11,745 nt of DNA from positions 1 through 11,745 of the forward strand of contig JBDKRC010000085.1 of NCBI GenBank assembly GCA_039683575.1, given 5' to 3'. The DNA comes from Armatimonadia bacterium. GTDB taxonomy: Bacteria; Armatimonadota; Zipacnadia; Zipacnadales; UBA11051. Positions within the stretch are counted from its first letter, which is position 1. Each line of letters begins with the position of its first letter. The notes under the pieces are model-generated. The model saw only the letters and a program-made list of their open reading frames with translations, made no database searches and was not told the DNA's origin. The position numbers and the translations under genes were made by a program. Of this stretch, positions 6,870-11,745 are shown piece by piece.

Positions 6870-8705
6870 ATGCCCCTGTTTCTCATCCTGCTGCTGGCCC
6901 TGCTGCCGAGCTTCAGCTTCGGAGCGGAGAAGCCAGTCCCCGTGAAGCTCACCAACCCTGGTTTTGAGGAGGGTGCTGAGCCGTGGGTTGATCCCACCGA
7001 TGCCGCACTGGCCGCGATAGCCAAGCGTGACACCGAGGCTTTTCGCACCGGCAAGGCTGCTCTGCACCTCGTCGCCAGCGGCCCCGGGCAGTACCCGACC
7101 GTGTCGCAGAAGGTGGAGGCGATCGAGCCGGGGGCGCGGTATGCGCTCCGGGTGTGGTACCGGGGAGTGCTGCAGGACCCGTCGTGCGCGGTACTGCGAC
7201 TGGAGTTCAATGACGCTCAGGGGGCTGTGCTGAGCGGACAGCATATCCGGCAACTGGCCAAAGAAGAGCGCTGGCTGCAGCTTATCGTAGAGGCCGAAGC
7301 GCCGGAGAAAGCCGTCAGCGGCACGATCAGCCTGCGTCTGGTCGGTGGCAGCGAAGTCTGGTTTGATGATGTCGAGATGCTCCGCACCCGGACGGCCCCG
7401 GCGCTCGTAGGCAAGCCCGCTCGTTTGGCCTTCCCCGCCGGTACCGATGGAACCGTCGCACTTACCGTCACCTCCCGTGAGGACCTGCCGGAGTCCGTCA
7501 AGCCTGTCGTGACCGCTATGGGACCGAATGCCAAACCGGTGCCGCTGACCGGAGAGCTAACGAGGCAGGATGCCCGGACACTGTCAGGTGAAGTAGCCTT
7601 CAAGGCGCTGCCGGAGGGCACCACGGTCTGGCGGGTCAAAGTGGGAGCGAACACTGCCGAGGGGCGCCTCTTCGGCGTTCGCGTCAAGCGCCAGCCGACC
7701 AGCCTCAATGAGCGTGGGGTGCTGCAGGTCGCAGGGAAGACTGTGTTTCCCATCGGCATCTACCATGCGGCGGTGAGCGACTATCCGCTGCTGTATGAAC
7801 GTGGGTTCAATGTTGTGCAGGGCCTTGGCACCAATGACGCAACGCTGGCCAGGAGCGCGATGGCTGCGGCCGACAAGGCCAAGCTGCTCGTGGACGTGCC
7901 GCTGCATTTCGGGGGGCTGGTCGGGGCCAACCTGATGGCCTCGCAGCAGAAGATTGGCGCCTTCAGCAAGTCCACGAGCATCCTGGAGTGGAAGATTGCC
8001 GACGAGCCTGACCAGCGCGAGCCGATCATGGACGAGGTGCCGGAGGTTTACCTGCGGCTCAAGCAAAAAGAGACCTTACGTCCGCTGGGCCTGACGGTGG
8101 CCGATCCAGCCACCTTCGGCTACTGGGCCAACTTCTGCGATACCCTCACCGTTCCGGTGTTCCCAATCCCCGGCCGGCCTCTGAGCCTCGTTGCCGAGCG
8201 TATCGGCGCCGCGAAGAAGGCCGTGCAGCCCTGGCAGCCGGTGTGGGCGCTTTTGCAGGCCGGGTGGGTGCCGGGCAACAGCAACCAGCCGAGCCTCCAG
8301 CAGGCCCGCGTCATGGTCTACCTGGCGGTGATCAGCGGCGCGCGCGGCATCTTCTGGTACGCCCTGCGCGATCCCGGCTGGCAGCTCGTAGAGAGCCCGC
8401 TGTGGACGAACCTCAAGGACCTCAACGAGGAGACGGCGCGGCTGGGGGAGATCTCGATCGAGCGCGACCCCGTTGCCATCGAGAAGGATAACCAGCAGGT
8501 CTATGCGGCTGCCTGGGCGGCTGGGGAGAAGTTCACGATGATGGTGACGAACGCTGGCGAGACTGCGCAGACGGCCACGGTCAAGCTACCCAGGGCAGTC
8601 ACGAAGGCTGAAGCAGGCAAGAGTGGTGTGAAGGCGGAGGTTAAGGATGGAGCAGTGGTGCTGACCGTGGAGTCGCTCGGCGCGGGGCTGGTGACGGTGG
8701 AGTAG
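6870..8705 (+). CDS. Secreted protein: CBM4/9-like beta-sandwich plus glycoside-hydrolase-like TIM barrel
   Basis: 611 aa, with GAGG overlapping the polX stop as SD. Hydrophobic signal MPLFLILLLALLPSFSFG|A. LTNPGFEEG...SQKV..IEPGARYAL...W....VWFDDV is CBM4/9-like. FPIGIY...GFNVV...WKIADEPD...GARGIFWY is a GH-like barrel. Confidence 0.8.
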   Translation: MPLFLILLLALLPSFSFGAEKPVPVKLTNPGFEEGAEPWVDPTDAALAAIAKRDTEAFRTGKAALHLVASGPGQYPTVSQKVEAIEPGARYALRVWYRGVLQDPSCAVLRLEFNDAQGAVLSGQHIRQLAKEERWLQLIVEAEAPEKAVSGTISLRLVGGSEVWFDDVEMLRTRTAPALVGKPARLAFPAGTDGTVALTVTSREDLPESVKPVVTAMGPNAKPVPLTGELTRQDARTLSGEVAFKALPEGTTVWRVKVGANTAEGRLFGVRVKRQPTSLNERGVLQVAGKTVFPIGIYHAAVSDYPLLYERGFNVVQGLGTNDATLARSAMAAADKAKLLVDVPLHFGGLVGANLMASQQKIGAFSKSTSILEWKIADEPDQREPIMDEVPEVYLRLKQKETLRPLGLTVADPATFGYWANFCDTLTVPVFPIPGRPLSLVAERIGAAKKAVQPWQPVWALLQAGWVPGNSNQPSLQQARVMVYLAVISGARGIFWYALRDPGWQLVESPLWTNLKDLNEETARLGEISIERDPVAIEKDNQQVYAAAWAAGEKFTMMVTNAGETAQTATVKLPRAVTKAEAGKSGVKAEVKDGAVVLTVESLGAGLVTVE

Positions 8706-8744
8706 CGGCCAGAGCGCCCTGGCCCATCCGGATAGCCGGCGCTG

Positions 8745-9146
8745 TCACGTTGATTGCTTGCCTCGCCCTGCCATCGCCTGCGGAATTGCCATGCGGTAGC
8801 GGCCGAGATACTCGTCCAGCACCCCGCGCTGGCGCTTGAGCGCATCTGCCCACAGGCGTAGAGACTTAACCCCGAGGTCCGTCAGGAAGTACCGGCGTCT
8901 TGAGGCGCCCGGCCCCTCGTTGTCCCACTCCGACCGCACTAACCCCTCTTTCTCAAACCACCGCAGGCAGCGATAAACGCTGGAGGGCTCGACCTCGGGC
9001 CCGGTCAGCGATAGACGCCGCGCGCGGTTGGCCAGATCATAGCCGTGCGAGCCGTTCTTCTCCAGGAGCAGCAAGAGCAGCACTGGTTCGAGCACCGTGC
9101 TCTGGCGGCGACTGGTGGGGGAGGGGAAGGTTGGTGCGAGTTCCAC
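8745..9146 (-). CDS. PadR-family transcriptional regulator (PhaQ-like short subfamily)
   Basis: LEPVLLLLL...SHGYDL...VYRCLRWFEKEGLVRSEW...GASRRRYFLTDLG is the PadR winged-HTH signature. GTG at 9146 has GAGG 9 nt upstream. Confidence 0.92.
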   Translation of the reverse strand: MELAPTFPSPTSRRQSTVLEPVLLLLLLEKNGSHGYDLANRARRLSLTGPEVEPSSVYRCLRWFEKEGLVRSEWDNEGPGASRRRYFLTDLGVKSLRLWADALKRQRGVLDEYLGRYRMAIPQAMAGRGKQST

Positions 9147-9180
9147 GAATGATTGCCTCAGCCATGTGATCGGTATCCAG

Positions 9181-9210
9181 ATTATGCTCCCCAGACGTAT
9201 TGTTTGTCCA
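9181..9210 (-). promoter_or_regulatory. Candidate sigma70-type promoter for padR
   Basis: Minus strand TGGACA (9210-9205), 18 nt, CATAAT (9186-9181). Each hexamer matches consensus at 5/6 and sits in an AT-rich patch, with the -10 34 nt upstream of the start. Confidence 0.5.
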
Positions 9211-9230
9211 TATGTGCATTAGACACCTAT
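9210..9230. promoter_or_regulatory. Candidate PadR operator (ATATGTG-N7-CACCTAT)
   Basis: Imperfect AT-rich inverted repeat with 6/7 symmetric positions, in the divergent intergenic region and abutting the predicted padR -35. Confidence 0.5.
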
Positions 9231-9399
9231 ATGCATCGATACGAGTAAACACTACTAGCCCGGAATGCCCTACAGCCCTTCACAGCCCCTGTAGAGGCGG
9301 TTTTGAGTGTTGGAAGCCGGTATCGGACATTTGCGCCGTGGCGCTGTTGCTCGTAGGATTCGCCCCGTTCGAGTTGCACCAAACTACGGGAGGACCCTC

Positions 9400-10986
9400 A
9401 TGGCCTTTTCAGTTCCCAACGCCAGCGCGGCGACGCAGACGCATCTGCGGACCCAGCGCAACTTCTCACGCCTCAGCGGCATGTGCGCCACTTGTCTCGA
9501 CGGCTGCCCCGGTTACTGCGAGGTAGGCACTTCGTCCTACCGCGCCTCGGAAGCAATCTATCCGCAGCCCTTCGGGAACGTAACCGCCGGCGCCGAGAAG
9601 GAGTACCCGGTTGATTACTCGTCCTTCAACATCAACGGCACCGCAGTGGGCGCCATCGGCATCTCGTCCGATAGCGACCTGGCGATTTTCCCCTCCGTCA
9701 GGCTCGATGTCGGCCTGGGCCACGATGGTGGCATCAAGCTCGGCCTGCCCTTCACGATCCCCGGCCTTGGCAGCACCGACATCGCCGCCAAGAACTGGGA
9801 CGGCCTGTCTTCCGGCGCTGCCCTGACGGGTACGCTGCTGACCATCGGTGAGAATGTCTGCGGCATGGACGACGAGGCGGAGTTCTCCAAGGACCCCATC
9901 CCGCAGGTCTTGCAGTCCCCTTCGCTGCGCCATCGCATCCGCAGCTATCGCGACTGGCAGGAGAATGGCTACGGCGGCATCGTGCTGCAGGAGAACGTGG
10001 AGGACAGCCGGCTGGGCGTCATGCGCTACGGCCTGGGCGAGCTCGGCTGCACAATCGCGGAACTGAAATGGGGGCAGGGCGCCAAGAATATCGGCGGCGA
10101 GGTGAAGCTGCACACGCTGGCGCGCGCGCAGCGCCTGAAGCGGCGTGGCTATATCGTGCTGCCTGACCCTGACAATGCAGGCGTGCAGGAAGCCTACGAC
10201 CGCGGGGCGATCAAAGAGTTCGAGCGGCACTCCCGGGTCGGGATGGTTACCGAAGAGGGCTTCATGAACCGCGTGCAGGAGCTGCGCTCGCTTGGGGCCA
10301 AGTACGTCCTGCTCAAGACGGGCGCCTACCGGCCCGCGGACCTCGCGCGTGCCATCAAGTACTGTTCGAGCGCGAAGGTGGACGTGCTGACACTCGACGC
10401 CGCTGGTGGCGGCACCGGCATGAGCCCGTGGCGCATGATGAACGAGTGGGGTCTGCCACCGGTTGAGATGATCACGCTGGCCAAGCAGTACATGGACCGG
10501 CTGGCCCAGCGCGGGGACTATGTGCCGGATCTGGTAGTCGCCGGTGGGTTTGCCTTCGAGGACCAGATCTTCAAGGGGCTGGCTCTGGGCGCGCCGTATG
10601 TGAAGGCAGTGGGCATGGCCAGGGCGCCGATCTGCGCGGCTCACGTCGCCAAGAACATTGCCAAGGGCATTCAGGACGGCGAGCTTGACAAGCTGCACTC
10701 CCAGTATGGCAGCCGCCTGGACAGCATCTTCGTGATGTACCACGAGCTCAAGCAGAAGCTCGGTCCCAGCCTGGAAGAGCTGCCCGCTGGCGGCCTTGGT
10801 GTGTATCACTACTACATGCGCCTGGCTCAGGGCCTGCGCCAGCTCATGTGCGGGGCCCGTAAGTTCGCCCTAGAGCACATCAACAGTGACGACATCTTCG
10901 CCCTGACCCGCGAGGCAGCAGACCTGACCGGCATTCACTACGTCATGGATGTGGATGCTGACGAAGTAGACAAGATTCTGGGGTAG
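9400..10986 (+). CDS. Stand-alone FMN-binding glutamate synthase family protein (528 aa)
   Basis: ATG at 9400 follows GGGAGGA (9388-9394). GltS FMN-domain motifs: IGENV, ELKWGQGAKNIGGE, LLKTG, DAAGGGTGMSP, VAGG. N-terminal CATCLDGCPGYC. No glutamine amidotransferase domain. Confidence 0.9.
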   Translation: MAFSVPNASAATQTHLRTQRNFSRLSGMCATCLDGCPGYCEVGTSSYRASEAIYPQPFGNVTAGAEKEYPVDYSSFNINGTAVGAIGISSDSDLAIFPSVRLDVGLGHDGGIKLGLPFTIPGLGSTDIAAKNWDGLSSGAALTGTLLTIGENVCGMDDEAEFSKDPIPQVLQSPSLRHRIRSYRDWQENGYGGIVLQENVEDSRLGVMRYGLGELGCTIAELKWGQGAKNIGGEVKLHTLARAQRLKRRGYIVLPDPDNAGVQEAYDRGAIKEFERHSRVGMVTEEGFMNRVQELRSLGAKYVLLKTGAYRPADLARAIKYCSSAKVDVLTLDAAGGGTGMSPWRMMNEWGLPPVEMITLAKQYMDRLAQRGDYVPDLVVAGGFAFEDQIFKGLALGAPYVKAVGMARAPICAAHVAKNIAKGIQDGELDKLHSQYGSRLDSIFVMYHELKQKLGPSLEELPAGGLGVYHYYMRLAQGLRQLMCGARKFALEHINSDDIFALTREAADLTGIHYVMDVDADEVDKILG

Positions 10987-11002
10987 GATGCTGAACGAGA
11001 AG

Positions 11003-11048
11003 CGGTGGGTGCCGTCTCAGGCGGCGCCCACCGTCATTCTTCCTCTTT
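11003..11048 (+). terminator. Intrinsic terminator between convergent GltS-like and GNAT genes
   Basis: CGGTGGGTGCCGTC (11003-11016) / GGCGGCGCCCACCG (11020-11033) form 14 bp with two G-U pairs on the + strand, followed by pyrimidine-rich TCATTCTTCCTCTTT. Confidence 0.7.
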
Positions 11049-11519
11049 GCGCCATTCGTACGTGAGGTGCAGCGGCTTGAACCCGCTTCCGCTGAGCACG
11101 CGCTGGCCGCTCTCGCTGTCCACATGCACCTTGGCCACCACTCGATTGATCCCCCTGCTGTCGAAGTAACGCTGTGCATAGCTCACCAGCGCCGAGGCAA
11201 AGCCCTGCCGGCGCAGGTCGTGGCGGACATAGAGGCTGCGTAGCACCCCGTAGCGCTCGCCCGTGGCGAGGGTCGTTTTGGTGCTGAGCCATAGCCAGCC
11301 CACGATGTCCTCGTCTTCTTCCCCCGTCAGCACGATCATGCCCTCGGGCTCGCTTCTGAGCGCCCGGGCGAGCTTCGCCTGATGGTAGTCCAGCGACATG
11401 ATGGGGTCATCGGGGAACGACAGCTTGGCAAGCTCGCGCTCGAAGACCGCGAGGACCGGGAGATCGTCCTCCCGCGCCTGCCGTGTATTGACTTCCCCAA
11501 AGAGCTTCGGTGGTGTCAT
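11034..11519 (-). CDS. GNAT-family N-acetyltransferase
   Basis: 161 aa. RQAREDDL start, IVGWLWL strand, acetyl-CoA motif A LYVRHDLRRQGFASALV, and C-terminal ...SGF. Confidence 0.92.
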   Translation of the reverse strand: MTPPKLFGEVNTRQAREDDLPVLAVFERELAKLSFPDDPIMSLDYHQAKLARALRSEPEGMIVLTGEEDEDIVGWLWLSTKTTLATGERYGVLRSLYVRHDLRRQGFASALVSYAQRYFDSRGINRVVAKVHVDSESGQRVLSGSGFKPLHLTYEWRKEEE

Positions 11520-11571
11520 TGGCGATTGCTTCTTCTCAGGCCACCGGTCGGCTGTGGCGGAATGGTATGGT

Positions 11572-11580
11572 AGTCTACCA
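11572..11580 (-). promoter_or_regulatory. Candidate extended -10 promoter for the GNAT gene
   Basis: Minus strand TG-G-TAGACT (11580-11572), 52 nt upstream of the ATG. It is embedded in the palindrome TGGTAG-T-CTACCA (11568-11580). There is no good -35 at 17 bp. Confidence 0.4.
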
Positions 11581-11621
11581 GCAAGAGACGCAATTCACCA
11601 GAATTTGTCTCTCCCCCGGCC

Positions 11622-11745
11622 TGTCAACGCAAAGTAGAAATGTCCCTCTATCTGCCAGCTAGAAATGTCCCTTTGTAGGACTTGCGCCAGGGGTGGTCGG
11701 AGGCGGGTTGGTGGCCTGTCGGCTTGTGCGCCCTTGGTTGGGAGG
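11622..11745 (-). mobile_element. Downstream (right) end of an IS1202/ISNCY-type insertion sequence, running off the window
   Basis: Terminal TGTCAA at 11622. Two identical 13-bp direct repeats TAGAAATGTCCCT at 11635-11647 and 11660-11672. A minus-strand frame ending ...HQPASDHPWRKSYKGTFLAGR* stops inside the repeats. Confidence 0.85.
11648..11743 (-). CDS. C-terminal fragment of ISNCY/IS1202-family transposase (partial, 5' part beyond the window)
   Basis: Manual translation gives SQPRAHKPTGHQPASDHPWRKSYKGTFLAGR*, with TAG at 11650-11648. I recognise P..DHPWR as the usual C-terminal motif of these transposases. Confidence 0.8.
   Translation of the reverse strand, partial: SQPRAHKPTGHQPASDHPWRKSYKGTFLAGR

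Noticed and set aside
8703..8744. Short hairpin GGCCAG/CTGGCC, and TAGCGGCCA shared with the gene end at 4026
   Set aside because: A 6-bp stem and a 9-bp match are within chance for this GC content.
9339..9382. Sigma54 promoter (TGGC...TTGC) or NtrC site (TGCACCA) upstream of the GltS-like gene
   Set aside because: The TGGC-TTGC spacing is 4 nt rather than 7, and only an NtrC-like half-site is present.
9307..9399. 31-aa N-terminal extension of the GltS-like ORF
   Set aside because: The TTG start lacks a good SD. ATG 9400 has GGGAGGA and gives the family-like N-terminus.
9466..10809. 447-aa minus-strand ORF
   Set aside because: It is the antisense shadow of the GltS-like gene, as expected in high-GC coding DNA, and has no recognisable motifs.
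11635..11672. Direct repeats as a CRISPR array or iterons
   Set aside because: There are only two 13-bp units with a 12-bp spacer. They are better explained as IS subterminal repeats.

Overview
This is a GC-rich bacterial chromosomal window. The gene content is reminiscent of Armatimonadota/PVC-type genomes, which is an inference only. Left to right it carries: an Ig-like + NodB/CE4-like hypothetical protein (+); a small secreted protein (-); a structured divergent intergenic region; an M28/DUF4910-type peptidase-like protein (+); a hairpin-rich 279-bp spacer; a recO - polX/PHP - secreted CBM/glycoside-hydrolase-like run (+); a PadR (PhaQ-like) regulator (-) divergent from a stand-alone FMN-binding glutamate-synthase-family gene (+), with a candidate operator between them; and a GNAT acetyltransferase (-). 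The right edge holds the terminus of an IS1202/ISNCY-type insertion sequence that the ORF track misses (TGT end, two 13-bp subterminal repeats, transposase C-terminus ...PASDHPWRK...). I cannot demonstrate a new biological system from sequence alone. The best leads are the PadR/operator/atypical GltS module, the two structured intergenic regions, the atypical secreted glycoside-hydrolase-like protein and the IS junction.
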